Below, one piece after another: positions 49,930 through 59,873 of a stretch of 64,000 nucleotides of DNA. Under the pieces are notes generated by a model. It was not told the origin of the DNA. It ran no database searches and was given only the letters and a program-made list of their open reading frames with translations. Each line of letters starts with the position of its first letter. Within the stretch, counting starts at the first letter, position 1. Source of the DNA: Patescibacteria group bacterium (GTDB lineage Bacteria; Patescibacteriota; Minisyncoccia; Phycocordibacterales; UBA9973); contig JAGWLB010000003.1 in NCBI GenBank assembly GCA_028865035.1, forward strand, positions 2,247-66,246, given 5' to 3'. Both the position numbers and the translations under genes were made by a program.

Positions 49930-51372
49930 TTATTTAATTAATTCTTTTAATAACTTTTGAACAAGAGCAGGATTAGCTGAGCCTTTTGTTTCCTTCATTA
50001 TTTGTCCTACTAGTGACATAAGAGCATTTTCTTTGCCTCCTTTATATGTAGCAACGATATTTGGATTTGAATCTATAACTTTCTGTACTATTTCTTTCAG
50101 AGCATTTTCATCGCTATTTTGTAAAAGATTATTTTCTTTAGCTATTTTCATTGGAGAAGCATCATTAATAACTATCATAGCTAAAATATCCTTTGCTACA
50201 CGTGAAGAGATTTGAGCAAATGACATATTAATTAATTCTGCAAAATTCTCTGGACTAGGTAATTTTACATTAGGGTTTGATTTTTCTAAACCAAGATAAT
50301 CAGAAACCACGTAATTTGATGCGGCCTTAATTGAAGCATCTTTGTCTATAATATATTTTGTCGATAGGATTTTTGCTACATTTTCAAACCAAATACCTAA
50401 TTTTTGATTATTTATATAAACTTCAATATCCTCGTCTTTGATTCCGTAATCATTCTTATATCTAGCACGCTTTTCTGCCGGGAGCTCTGGGAGTTCGTCT
50501 TTTATTTTTTTAATATCAAATATCTTACTTAGATAAAATTTCGGTAAATCTGGATCTGGAAAATAGCGATAATCGTTAGCATTTTCTTTTGAACGTTGTG
50601 AGAATGTAGATTGTTTATTCTCATCCCAGCCACGAGTTTCCTGGACAATTTCTGCACCACGTCCATCTTCAAGTAAATCAATCATACGTTTTATCTCATA
50701 TTCTGCTGCACGCTCAACAGACCGGAAAGAATTTATATTTTTTACCTCTACTTTTGTCCCGAATTTATTTGGATCTGCAGATACAGAAATATTGAGCTCT
50801 ACGCGCATCTGACCTTTGTCCATATTTGCTTCAGACACTCCAAGAGTTCGAAGCAATAATTGTAATTCACGACCGAAATCCCCTGCTTGCTTAGCGCTAT
50901 GTATTACAGGTTCAGTCACTAGCTCCATTAAAGGTACTCCAGAGCGATTAAAATCAACAAGAGAATAACCTATATCGCCTGCCTGCTCAGGCAGGTGCTT
51001 ATTATTAGCCGTATCTTCTTCTAAGTGAACGCGAGTTATTGCTACACCATCTAATTCGCCACCAGAAACAATAGGATATTTGTATTGTGATATCTGGTAA
51101 GCTTTCGGAATATCTGGATAGAAATAATTCTTACGATCGAACTCAGTGAAATCTGCGATACGTGCATTTAAAGCAAGACCAACTTTTATAACACTTAGCA
51201 CGGCGGCCTTGTTAATAACAGGAAGTGTACCTGGATGAGCGGTGCAAACTGGACAAATGTTTGTGTTCGGTTTTTCTTCGTCTGGATTATTTACACAGCC
51301 ACAAAACATTTTAGAATTCGTGTTTAATTCTGCGTGTATCTCAAGCCCGATTGTAGTTGTGTATTTATTCAT
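49930..51372 (-). CDS. gatB: Asp/Glu-tRNA amidotransferase subunit B
   Basis: IGLEIH, FDRKNYFYPD, HLEED, YRYFPDPDL; true start MNKY at 51372 (the ORF track extends into the tRNA). Confidence 0.96.
   Translation of the reverse strand: MNKYTTTIGLEIHAELNTNSKMFCGCVNNPDEEKPNTNICPVCTAHPGTLPVINKAAVLSVIKVGLALNARIADFTEFDRKNYFYPDIPKAYQISQYKYPIVSGGELDGVAITRVHLEEDTANNKHLPEQAGDIGYSLVDFNRSGVPLMELVTEPVIHSAKQAGDFGRELQLLLRTLGVSEANMDKGQMRVELNISVSADPNKFGTKVEVKNINSFRSVERAAEYEIKRMIDLLEDGRGAEIVQETRGWDENKQSTFSQRSKENANDYRYFPDPDLPKFYLSKIFDIKKIKDELPELPAEKRARYKNDYGIKDEDIEVYINNQKLGIWFENVAKILSTKYIIDKDASIKAASNYVVSDYLGLEKSNPNVKLPSPENFAELINMSFAQISSRVAKDILAMIVINDASPMKIAKENNLLQNSDENALKEIVQKVIDSNPNIVATYKGGKENALMSLVGQIMKETKGSANPALVQKLLKELIK
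50978..50995. repeat. 18-bp palindrome inside gatB
   Basis: CCTGCCTG-CT-CAGGCAGG; encodes LPEQAG. Confidence 0.7.
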
Positions 51373-51375
51373 AAA

Positions 51376-51523
51376 TGGTGCCCGAGGTGGGCTATCTTTC
51401 CTTACAGGAACTGTATACCTTTTGCATTTTTTTGAAGCAGAGCTTATAAAAAATAAACAAAAGCTTTTCGATCCCCACACGCACGCAAAGCAGTTTGCGT
51501 GCTCTCGCGCAAGCTCTGCTTGC
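51376..51523. mobile_element. miniature tRNA-associated element: 132-bp core plus 16-bp duplication of the tRNA 3' end
   Basis: TGGTGCCCGAGGTGGG at both 51376-51391 and 51524-51539; internal inverted repeats; no coding capacity. Confidence 0.6.
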
Positions 51524-51608
51524 TGGTGCCCGAGGTGGGAATCGAACCCACATCCCTTACGAGACACGATTTTAAGTCGTGCGCGTATACCAGTTCCGCC
51601 ACTCGGGC
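51524..51608 (-). tRNA. tRNA-Leu (TAA)
   Basis: GCCCGAG acceptor, GGCGGAACTGGTATACGC D arm, CACGA-CT-TAA-AA-TCGTG, long variable arm, GGTTCGATTCC, encoded CCA. Confidence 0.95.
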
Positions 51609-51697
51609 AATATAAAAATGCTACGTATAGATAATTACATATTTTTCATACTTTTACAACAAAACATACCTGGACAAAATACAGAATATATTTTGGA

Positions 51698-51943
51698 TTA
51701 ATTCCCTGATGGTGAACTATATTGGTCAAGAGTATTTTCAGATGGTACGCCAAAATAATTCTTAATTTTACCAGTGTTAATTTTATTTTCAATTGTTGCA
51801 GAGTTTATAATTTTAGGATTTGCGCTTATAAAGTGGTTACTAACATACACATAAGCATAAAATAAAACTATTAAAATAATAATAAGGAGGATAAAACCAC
51901 CTGTGTGGAGATGGTTATTCCATTTAGGTTTGATATTATTCAT
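51698..51943 (-). CDS. hypothetical single-TM protein
   Basis: 81-aa ORF with a TM helix and an upstream TATAAT. Confidence 0.55.
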   Translation of the reverse strand: MNNIKPKWNNHLHTGGFILLIIILIVLFYAYVYVSNHFISANPKIINSATIENKINTGKIKNYFGVPSENTLDQYSSPSGN

Positions 51944-51960
51944 ATACCAATATTATACCA

Positions 51961-53274
51961 CTATGCATCATTTTTAATCATAGTTGACGTAATTGGTGGT
52001 AAGTAAAGCATAGGATCAAGATATGCCTTCACAGGAGCAATTGGCATAATAAACGTCTTACCATTACAACTTAAACTAGGGACTGTCTGTACACTAGCTC
52101 CTTGAGAAGCATATACGGTGACATGTAAATGAGGTCCTGTTGTGTGTCCAGTATTTCCAGACAATGCTACTACGTCACCAGTTTGAACTTCTTGTCCAGG
52201 TTTAGCTAGTATAACTGACAAGTGTCCATAGGTGCTCGAAAGACCATTATTATATTTTATAAATACCCATTTACCAAATGATGCACCTTTGCAGAACTGA
52301 TCCGTATCTCCAACACCGACAACAGTACCAACAGCCATAGATTTAACGGGAGTACCAATAGATGCTCTAAAATCTACTCCACTATGTGAACCAGATAGAT
52401 AAAGTCTACGAGCAGCTACAGTTCGTCCGAAAAGTTGTGTTATGTAGACATAGTCGAGTGGCCAGGATAAGATACTTGTTCCTTCTGGTGGTAATAAATT
52501 CGGATTAAGTATGAATTGCAGCTGAGCTTCATAATTCTGTAAATCATTCTCAAACTCACTTTTTTGCTTTTGTCTTTCAGCAAGTAATTTTTTATAATTT
52601 GATTCTTTATTTTGTGTTTCTTTGAGTAAAGTATCTTTAGCATTTTTAGTCATATCTATAGCAAGCTTTTTATTAACTAAATCGTCTTTTAGTTTTGTTA
52701 AACTTTGTTGCTCTACAGATTTATTCTTAATAGATATAGCGTTGGCTTCTTTTTGCTGTCTAAGGTCTATTAGATAACTATGAACTTTTTCATTTAAAGA
52801 TAGGATATTATTATATTCACGACTCGCTGAGTTTAGGCTATCATTCAAAAGTAATTTTTCTATCATTGAAGTATTGTCATATTGATTTATACTACGGAAC
52901 ATTTGAGCTAATAATTGCTCGGAATTATTTATAGATTTTTGCTTTAAATCAATGTCACTATTGAGTGTATCAATAGTAAGAGAGGTAGTTGTTATTTTCT
53001 TTTGAGTTAAGTTTAGTTCTTTCGATAACTTTTCCCGAGTTAGATTAAGCTCTTTTATCAGATTAGCAAGAGTGTTTGTTTGTTCACTTGTTTGCGATAT
53101 TTGATCTTGATATTGTGCTATTTCTGCATTTAATGCTTGGATTTGGGAATTTAGATCTGTTATCTTCTGACTGACAGCACTTGCCGTAGATGGAACTGCG
53201 TAACTATTGTGTGGTGCTAAAAATGATAGACATAAGGCAAAAATAACAACAAAAATGTATATTCGAGGTTTCAT
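51961..53274 (-). CDS. coiled-coil M23 peptidase (murein hydrolase/EnvC-like)
   Basis: signal peptide, coiled coil, HSGVD, YGHL, SGNTG.TTGPHLH. Confidence 0.88.
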   Translation of the reverse strand: MKPRIYIFVVIFALCLSFLAPHNSYAVPSTASAVSQKITDLNSQIQALNAEIAQYQDQISQTSEQTNTLANLIKELNLTREKLSKELNLTQKKITTTSLTIDTLNSDIDLKQKSINNSEQLLAQMFRSINQYDNTSMIEKLLLNDSLNSASREYNNILSLNEKVHSYLIDLRQQKEANAISIKNKSVEQQSLTKLKDDLVNKKLAIDMTKNAKDTLLKETQNKESNYKKLLAERQKQKSEFENDLQNYEAQLQFILNPNLLPPEGTSILSWPLDYVYITQLFGRTVAARRLYLSGSHSGVDFRASIGTPVKSMAVGTVVGVGDTDQFCKGASFGKWVFIKYNNGLSSTYGHLSVILAKPGQEVQTGDVVALSGNTGHTTGPHLHVTVYASQGASVQTVPSLSCNGKTFIMPIAPVKAYLDPMLYLPPITSTMIKNDA

Positions 53275-53299
53275 TAAGTAATATTATACTATAATATTA

Positions 53300-54793
53300 C
53301 TATTTTCGAAGTATCTGTATTGCTAAATTTAAACGAGCTATAGTTTCCTCTTTCCCAAATATTTCTGATAACACAAAAGGATCGGGAGATTTTTCTAGTC
53401 CGGAAAGTGCATAACGCATAGGCCAAAGTATATCCCCGCGACCTATCTCTTCTGTATATGGCCAAATTGATTCTTTAATTTTCTCTTTTGTAAAATCTGT
53501 GTCAGAAATATTATTTAATAATAGAATGACATTGTTTATATATTTAGAAAGTAATTCATATTTATTTGCTTCATTTATTTTTGATGATTTGAAAAATAAA
53601 GAGTTTTTATCATAAACAGGTTGCTCAAAAAAATAATTTAACTCATGATTTCCTGCCATAGATATAATGTCACTCCCTTTTGAAATTCTTTCTAGAATTA
53701 AAGGGGTTATTTTTTTTATCATTTCATCAGTATAGCCAGGTAATTGTTTTATATTTTCAGGTATAAACTTCCTTATATATTTTTCTTGTTCATCGATAGA
53801 TAATAATTTTAGATGTTCTTTGTTTATCCAATCTAATTTTTCAACATTAAATTTACCACCAGAATGATGTATTCTAGCTAAATCAAAAATTTCAACAAAT
53901 TCTTTCGGACTTAAAATTTCTCTTTCATCTTCTGGACTCCAACCTATATAGGCTAAAAAATTAATCATTGCCTCTGGTAGATATCCTTCATCTCTATATT
54001 CTAATATATCTTTTGCTCCATCTCTTTTTCCAAGTTTTTTCTTACCATCTAATGCCATTATAGGTGGAAGAGTGGCCATATGTGGTCTTTCTATATCAAG
54101 TGCATCATATAATGCAAGAAATTTAGGCACTGAAGATATGAATTCATCTGCTCTCATAATATGTGTTACACCCATTTCTAAATCATCAATAATGTGAGCG
54201 AAATTATATGTTGGATAACCATCACTTTTTATCAGAATAAAGTCATCAAGAGCCTCTGGTCCTGCCTTTAGTGTACCTCTAACTTCATCGTGCCATTCAG
54301 TATTTTTTATTTCTTTAATTTTTAAACGCAAAGGCATTGTTCCATCCCAATCAGGTGGGTTCTCTGGTCTATGATTACGATAAAGAAATGGTATTTTTTC
54401 ATTCTCAGCTTTTTTTCTAAAAGCATTTAATTCTTCTTCTGTATATGGGTCAGCATAAGCTAATCCTTTTTCTATTAAAATATTTGCGTATTTTTTATAA
54501 ATATTAAGTCGTTCTGATTGCAAATATGGCATATGAGGTCCACCAATATCCGGTCCTTCGTCCCAATTAATACCCAACCATTTTAATGTTTCGATAATAT
54601 GGTTTATAGAACCTTTAACTTCCCTATCTTTATCTGTATCCTCTATACGAAGAATAAAAGTTCCATTATATTTACGTGCATACGCCCAAGCATAAAGAGC
54701 TGTACGTACGCCGCCTATGTGCATATACCCAGTGGGAGATGGAGCAAAACGAGTTACAACTTTTTCTTTATTTATATTCATATTATGATTCAT
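53300..54793 (-). CDS. gltX: glutamyl-tRNA synthetase
   Basis: RFAPSPTG, HIGG, RIEDTD, KLGKR; start may be 54781. Confidence 0.95.
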   Translation of the reverse strand: MNHNMNINKEKVVTRFAPSPTGYMHIGGVRTALYAWAYARKYNGTFILRIEDTDKDREVKGSINHIIETLKWLGINWDEGPDIGGPHMPYLQSERLNIYKKYANILIEKGLAYADPYTEEELNAFRKKAENEKIPFLYRNHRPENPPDWDGTMPLRLKIKEIKNTEWHDEVRGTLKAGPEALDDFILIKSDGYPTYNFAHIIDDLEMGVTHIMRADEFISSVPKFLALYDALDIERPHMATLPPIMALDGKKKLGKRDGAKDILEYRDEGYLPEAMINFLAYIGWSPEDEREILSPKEFVEIFDLARIHHSGGKFNVEKLDWINKEHLKLLSIDEQEKYIRKFIPENIKQLPGYTDEMIKKITPLILERISKGSDIISMAGNHELNYFFEQPVYDKNSLFFKSSKINEANKYELLSKYINNVILLLNNISDTDFTKEKIKESIWPYTEEIGRGDILWPMRYALSGLEKSPDPFVLSEIFGKEETIARLNLAIQILRK

Positions 54794-55910
54794 GGCTTAG
54801 TGCAATATCAATCGCCATTTGTGCTATCTTCATAGCTGCATCAGGTTTGGCGAAAGCAACAGCACTGTTTTTCATTTGTAGTAATTTATCCTTATCTTCT
54901 AAAAGCTTGTCTATCTCTGCTACTAGAACGTGCGGGGTAAGATTACTTTCTTCTATAACTTTACAAGCTCCACTACGTGCGTAACTAAAGGCGTTAATAC
55001 GTTGGTGATCACCATTTGATTTAGTAATAGGAATGATAATAGATGGTACACCCCAAGATGCAATTTCAAAAATAGAAGATCCGGCTCTAGAAATAACAAG
55101 ATTAGCTGCTCCAGCCGCCATACGTATAGTAAGGTTGTTTAGGTAAGGTATTGGTTTATATCTAGCAATATTTTTATCATTTTCTAAGATTAGTTTAGAA
55201 CGTAGGATTACATCATCATATAATTTTTTACCTGTTTGATGTATAACTTGATATTTCAAAAGTAATTGAGGCAAAATATCAATAATTGCATTATTAATAA
55301 TATCAGCACCTTGCGAACCTCCATAAATAAATATTACAGGTAAACCAGGTGTTAGTTTAAAAAATTCAATAGCTCCTTCCGGGCTACCGTGTAGAATTGC
55401 TTTTCTCATAGGTTGACCAACTACAGCAGTTTTATCTTTTGGAAGCTTATCAAATGCTTCAGGCCACGACACAGCGACATATTTGGCAAACTTAGATGTC
55501 CATAGATTTAATCTCCCTGGATAAGAATCTGATTCATGCATAATAACTGGTATACGAAGAATTCTGGCAGCAAAAACTGCTGGAAATGCAGCATATCCAC
55601 CTTTTGAGATAACAACATCGGGATATATAAAAAACATACTCAATAAACCAAAGAAAACGCCTGTCGCAGTTTTAATAAGATCAAAGAAATTTTTAATTGA
55701 AAAGTAAAGACGCATCTTACCTGCAGGTATTTGGACAAATGTTATTCTATTCTCAAAAAGCATATGTTTATCATATGGTTCGCTAGACATGTAATATAGT
55801 TTCAAATCTATAATTTTTTGCTTATGAGAAAGTTCATTAAGTTCTTCAGCTATAGCTATAAGTGGATAGAAATGACCTCCTGTTCCCCCACCTGTAAGTA
55901 ATATTTTCAT
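54783..55910 (-). CDS. murG: MurG glycosyltransferase
   Basis: GGGTGGH, KGGY, HESD, GGSQGA, SRAG, HQRINA. Confidence 0.95.
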   Translation of the reverse strand: MKILLTGGGTGGHFYPLIAIAEELNELSHKQKIIDLKLYYMSSEPYDKHMLFENRITFVQIPAGKMRLYFSIKNFFDLIKTATGVFFGLLSMFFIYPDVVISKGGYAAFPAVFAARILRIPVIMHESDSYPGRLNLWTSKFAKYVAVSWPEAFDKLPKDKTAVVGQPMRKAILHGSPEGAIEFFKLTPGLPVIFIYGGSQGADIINNAIIDILPQLLLKYQVIHQTGKKLYDDVILRSKLILENDKNIARYKPIPYLNNLTIRMAAGAANLVISRAGSSIFEIASWGVPSIIIPITKSNGDHQRINAFSYARSGACKVIEESNLTPHVLVAEIDKLLEDKDKLLQMKNSAVAFAKPDAAMKIAQMAIDIALSHES

Positions 55911-55943
55911 ATTCCGTATTGTAGCGTATTTAAACCCACTTTT

Positions 55944-57047
55944 CTAGTTATATTTTTTTTCAAACCTTGAAATATTTAATATGATACCCATTGTACCGAG
56001 TGAAATAAGCAGATTTGTGCCACCGTGGCTTATAAACACAAGAGGCACACCAGTTAGAGGGAAAACCCCAATAATAGATGCTATGTTCATAAATGATTCA
56101 GCTGTAATCATAGTTATAATGCCTATTATAAGTAACTTACTAAATGAATCAGGAGCATAGTACGCAATCTTATAACCCCTAAGAGTAAAGATTAAATACA
56201 TAATTATAATTATAAAAGTTCCCAAAAATCCAAGTTCTTCTCCTATAACAGCAAATATAGAATCTCCTTGTGGCTCTGGTAAATAATTAAATTTTTGAAT
56301 ACTTTGACCAAGTCCTCTACCAAAAAATCCTCCAGAACCAACAGCTATAAGAGATTGTTGTAATTGATATGATGTAGTACTACCATTTTTATTTGGATTT
56401 ATAAAAGTGTTTATCCTACCCATAAGATATGGTTTGAAAGATATTAGAATAATAAAACCAATAAGACTAACACCAAGTAATCCGAATATATATTTATATT
56501 CAACCCCAGATACCAACAACATAACTAGAGCTGCTGTAATTATGAGTATGAGGCTTTTTGTATCAGGTTGTTTAAGTAAAACAAGAGCAATAATTCCTAT
56601 TAAAAACAAGAGTGGCATTATACTGTAGCGTATATCATTAACCCTATTTTTTACCCAGGATAGCCATGCGGCAAAATAAATAATAAAACCAACCTTTAGA
56701 AATTCAACTGGTTGAAATGAGAAACCTAGAATATCTACCCATCGACGTGCGCCACCATGTAAGAATCCAAGGTGTGGTACAAACACAAGTGTAGTTAATA
56801 TTATAGATATTATAAAAATCGGTAACGAATATTTTCTCCAAAATTTGTATTGTATTTTAAAACCAATATACATAGCGACAAGTCCACCGAATAGCCCAAA
56901 AATAAATTGTGATTCTAAAACAGAGTAAAATTTTGCTTGATTTTTCGCTAAAATGCCGAGCGATGCAGAGGTAAAAGTTATCACACCGATAACCACAAGT
57001 GCAATAACAATACCAAAAAATATTCTATCTATTCCTTGTCTTTTCAT
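55944..57047 (-). CDS. ftsW: SEDS protein FtsW
   Basis: GARRW, FQPVEFLK, QPD, LPEPQGDSIFAVIGEELG, TGVPLVFISHGG. Confidence 0.92.
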   Translation of the reverse strand: MKRQGIDRIFFGIVIALVVIGVITFTSASLGILAKNQAKFYSVLESQFIFGLFGGLVAMYIGFKIQYKFWRKYSLPIFIISIILTTLVFVPHLGFLHGGARRWVDILGFSFQPVEFLKVGFIIYFAAWLSWVKNRVNDIRYSIMPLLFLIGIIALVLLKQPDTKSLILIITAALVMLLVSGVEYKYIFGLLGVSLIGFIILISFKPYLMGRINTFINPNKNGSTTSYQLQQSLIAVGSGGFFGRGLGQSIQKFNYLPEPQGDSIFAVIGEELGFLGTFIIIIMYLIFTLRGYKIAYYAPDSFSKLLIIGIITMITAESFMNIASIIGVFPLTGVPLVFISHGGTNLLISLGTMGIILNISRFEKKYN

Positions 57048-58096
57048 TAGCTAATTAATGAAATTATAACTCCTACTATAGAGGTTATAACTCCTACTAT
57101 CCAATAACGCATAGTCACTTTATATTTCGGCCAGCCAAGCGCTTCAAAATGATGGTGGAGTGGAGCAAAAAGAAATACCTTTTTATTATGGAAAAACTTC
57201 CTAGCAACCATTTGTATAATAACCGACACAGAAGTAATAAATAATGGGAATGCAATTATAGGCAAAAGCAAAACAGTATTTGTCAGAAATGCTACAACAG
57301 CAAGAGTGACTGTTAGTCCTATCATACCGGTTTCACCCATATAGAAACGCGCAGGTGGTATGTTAAACCATAAAAAAGCTAAAATACCACCAGTCACAAC
57401 AGCACAAAATGCGGCCAAATCTACTTGATTGTTAAAAAATGCTATTAAAGCATAACTAGCGAAAATTGAAGCCATTACTCCTCCAGACAAACCATCTACA
57501 CCATCGATAACACTAGTAGACCAAACTCCCATCATTATTAGTATGAAAAATGGTATAAAAACATAACCTAATTCTACAAACCCATACCAAGGTATATAAA
57601 TATTTGAAACTCCAAGTTTAAAGAAAAACCAAAAACTTATTATTAATCCGAGTAAAATAATGATACTTAATTTAATATAACGTAGTTTAATTGGGTCAGT
57701 TGTCCATTTATTTCCACCAAAAATTTGCAATAAATCATCACTTAGACCTATCAATGAAGCCATAATTAAAGTAAATAATGGAAGCAAAGTTTGATTGCGA
57801 CTAATAAAATATAATTTTGTAGTTAAATCATTGTGGATAATAAGATCGAATATTCCAAAAATAAAAATTGTAATAATTATAGAAATCCATATAATCATAC
57901 CTCCTGTGCGAGGAGTAGATAATTCAGCAACTTCATCATGTATATTTTGGAATGTTTCTCCAGGGACATTGTTATTCCTCGATACTTTACGCCACATTTT
58001 ATATTTATAAAAATAGTGAGTTGCTATAGGTGTGAGGATAATACCCACAATAAAACTTACAGCAGCTGGTAATAATATTTTAATGGCGTTATTCAT
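57047..58096 (-). CDS. mraY: phospho-N-acetylmuramoyl-pentapeptide transferase
   Basis: TPRTGG, DGVDGL, FN.PPA..YMG, APLHHHFE. Confidence 0.93.
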   Translation of the reverse strand: MNNAIKILLPAAVSFIVGIILTPIATHYFYKYKMWRKVSRNNNVPGETFQNIHDEVAELSTPRTGGMIIWISIIITIFIFGIFDLIIHNDLTTKLYFISRNQTLLPLFTLIMASLIGLSDDLLQIFGGNKWTTDPIKLRYIKLSIIILLGLIISFWFFFKLGVSNIYIPWYGFVELGYVFIPFFILIMMGVWSTSVIDGVDGLSGGVMASIFASYALIAFFNNQVDLAAFCAVVTGGILAFLWFNIPPARFYMGETGMIGLTVTLAVVAFLTNTVLLLPIIAFPLFITSVSVIIQMVARKFFHNKKVFLFAPLHHHFEALGWPKYKVTMRYWIVGVITSIVGVIISLIS

Positions 58097-58628
58097 TATT
58101 TTCGTTTTGATTAATTACTTTTTCTAATTCATTTTTTATTTTTTCATAATTTGGAAGACCCTCTACTGAAGATACTCCCATATATGATAATGTTTCAAAA
58201 GTGGGACGATATAATACTTTTCTACTATCATTAGCATCAACAACTTTTTCAATTAGGCCACGTACAAGTAAGTTACGTAATATAAAGCTTGAATTTACTC
58301 CTCTTATATAATCAATTTCGCTTCTTGATATTGCGTTTCTGTATAAAATAATAGAAAGAGTTTCAAGTGAGGCTTTTGATAGCTCATGAGTAATCTCTTC
58401 TTTACGAATAGATTCGATAAGTGGACTTAGATCTGAAGCTACACCAAGTAAAACTGAATTATCTTTTCTCACAAGAACCAAGCCTCTACCATTTAATGAT
58501 TGTTCTAATTTAATTAAAGATTGCTCTATTTGTTGTTCGTCTACATTTAAAAGTTCAGATAATTTCTTAATAGAAACATCTTCGCCTTTATAAAATAGTA
58601 ATCCTTCAATTTTTGATTCTAATTCCAT
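58089..58628 (-). CDS. scpB: SMC-Scp subunit ScpB
   Basis: IEGLLF, LSKASLETLSII, IDYIRGVNS. Confidence 0.92.
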   Translation of the reverse strand: MELESKIEGLLFYKGEDVSIKKLSELLNVDEQQIEQSLIKLEQSLNGRGLVLVRKDNSVLLGVASDLSPLIESIRKEEITHELSKASLETLSIILYRNAISRSEIDYIRGVNSSFILRNLLVRGLIEKVVDANDSRKVLYRPTFETLSYMGVSSVEGLPNYEKIKNELEKVINQNENNE

Positions 58629-58637
58629 ATAATATAT

Positions 58638-59417
58638 CTATTCATTAATATTTGTACTTACCTCAATCTGTTTGTTAATCTTGATGTCTTCAAAGGTATT
58701 ATTTTGTATAACATCGATAATACCTTCTCTTACTAATTCTAACATAGCTAAAAATGAAATAATAATGTGTACACGCGCTTCACTTACATTACTTGCATTA
58801 TGGCTCATAGCAAATTCTTTAAATGACATATTTATAGCATTTTGAATGCGACCTGTAAGCTTATCTATGACTTCATCTATATTAATTATTTTTTTAACTT
58901 CAACTTCTGGTAATTTTTCTTCTTTCTTAGGGATATGATCAAGTACAGTATTTATAAATTGCGACATCGAATCCGTTGTAATGTGTGGATCTGGCGAAAA
59001 TATCGGCTCACTCCAAATTCTTTCAAGCGGAGAGAATATTACTTTTACTCCAAAATTATTTTTAATATCTACACTTGCATTTTTTATGATTTGATAAAGT
59101 TTTAATCTTTTCTCCAAATCTGTAATTTTCTCAGTTTCGTCTTCTGTTAATGCAAGGCTTGGAAGTAATGACTTTGACTTTATGAGAATAAGAGTTGCGG
59201 CTATAAGTATGAAATAAGACACATCAGCTATACGTTTATCTGTAGGTACATCAGATAAGGAACGGATATATGATATGTAATCATCTGTAACTTGAGCAAG
59301 GGAGATCTCGTTTACAAATAATTTACGACTTTCTATAAGTGAAAGCAGAAGTTCTAACGGCCCTTCAAATTGCCCAGTACGAACTCTATAAGTCGATGTG
59401 GTATTTTCTTCTACCAT
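58638..59417 (-). CDS. scpA: SMC-Scp subunit ScpA
   Basis: FEGPLELLL, IKSKSLLP, FLAMLEL. Confidence 0.92.
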   Translation of the reverse strand: MVEENTTSTYRVRTGQFEGPLELLLSLIESRKLFVNEISLAQVTDDYISYIRSLSDVPTDKRIADVSYFILIAATLILIKSKSLLPSLALTEDETEKITDLEKRLKLYQIIKNASVDIKNNFGVKVIFSPLERIWSEPIFSPDPHITTDSMSQFINTVLDHIPKKEEKLPEVEVKKIINIDEVIDKLTGRIQNAINMSFKEFAMSHNASNVSEARVHIIISFLAMLELVREGIIDVIQNNTFEDIKINKQIEVSTNINE

Positions 59418-59418
59418 A

Positions 59419-59871
59419 TTAATTTTTTATTTTATCTGCAACTTTTTTAAGCCAATCATCATCTGCACGTTTGTAATCATGAGTAGATATATATCCTTCG
59501 TATTTATCAAAATATTTTTCTTCTTTACTAATACGTTCTTTCCATTCATCAGATTTAGTCCCATGCATTGGAAAAAGTTTTGCATGTATATGATTAACTC
59601 CAAATCCTTCAAATATCATACCTGTGCGACCAACATCTTCTAGTTTTTTATCAATAAGTTTACCTACTTTTTTCGCAGCAAGCACCAAATCTGTAAGTAC
59701 ATTATCTGGTAAATCAAAAGCATAACTATCATAATGCTCTTTTGTGACAACAACAGTTAACCCTTCGGTATTAGGAAAAATACTTAAAAATGCCAAATGT
59801 TTGTCGTCTTCCCATATTTTATATGAAGGAGATTCACCTTTTATTATTTTACAAAAAATACATTCATTCAT
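59419..59871 (-). CDS. HIT family protein
   Basis: CIFCKII, HIHAKLFP (HxHxK variant). Confidence 0.85.
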   Translation of the reverse strand: MNECIFCKIIKGESPSYKIWEDDKHLAFLSIFPNTEGLTVVVTKEHYDSYAFDLPDNVLTDLVLAAKKVGKLIDKKLEDVGRTGMIFEGFGVNHIHAKLFPMHGTKSDEWKERISKEEKYFDKYEGYISTHDYKRADDDWLKKVADKIKN

Positions 59872-59873
59872 AA

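Noticed and set aside
51373-51567. 64-aa N-terminal extension of GatB in the ORF track
   Set aside because: It runs through the tRNA-Leu gene and its trailer; conserved GatB begins at MNKYTTTIGLEIH
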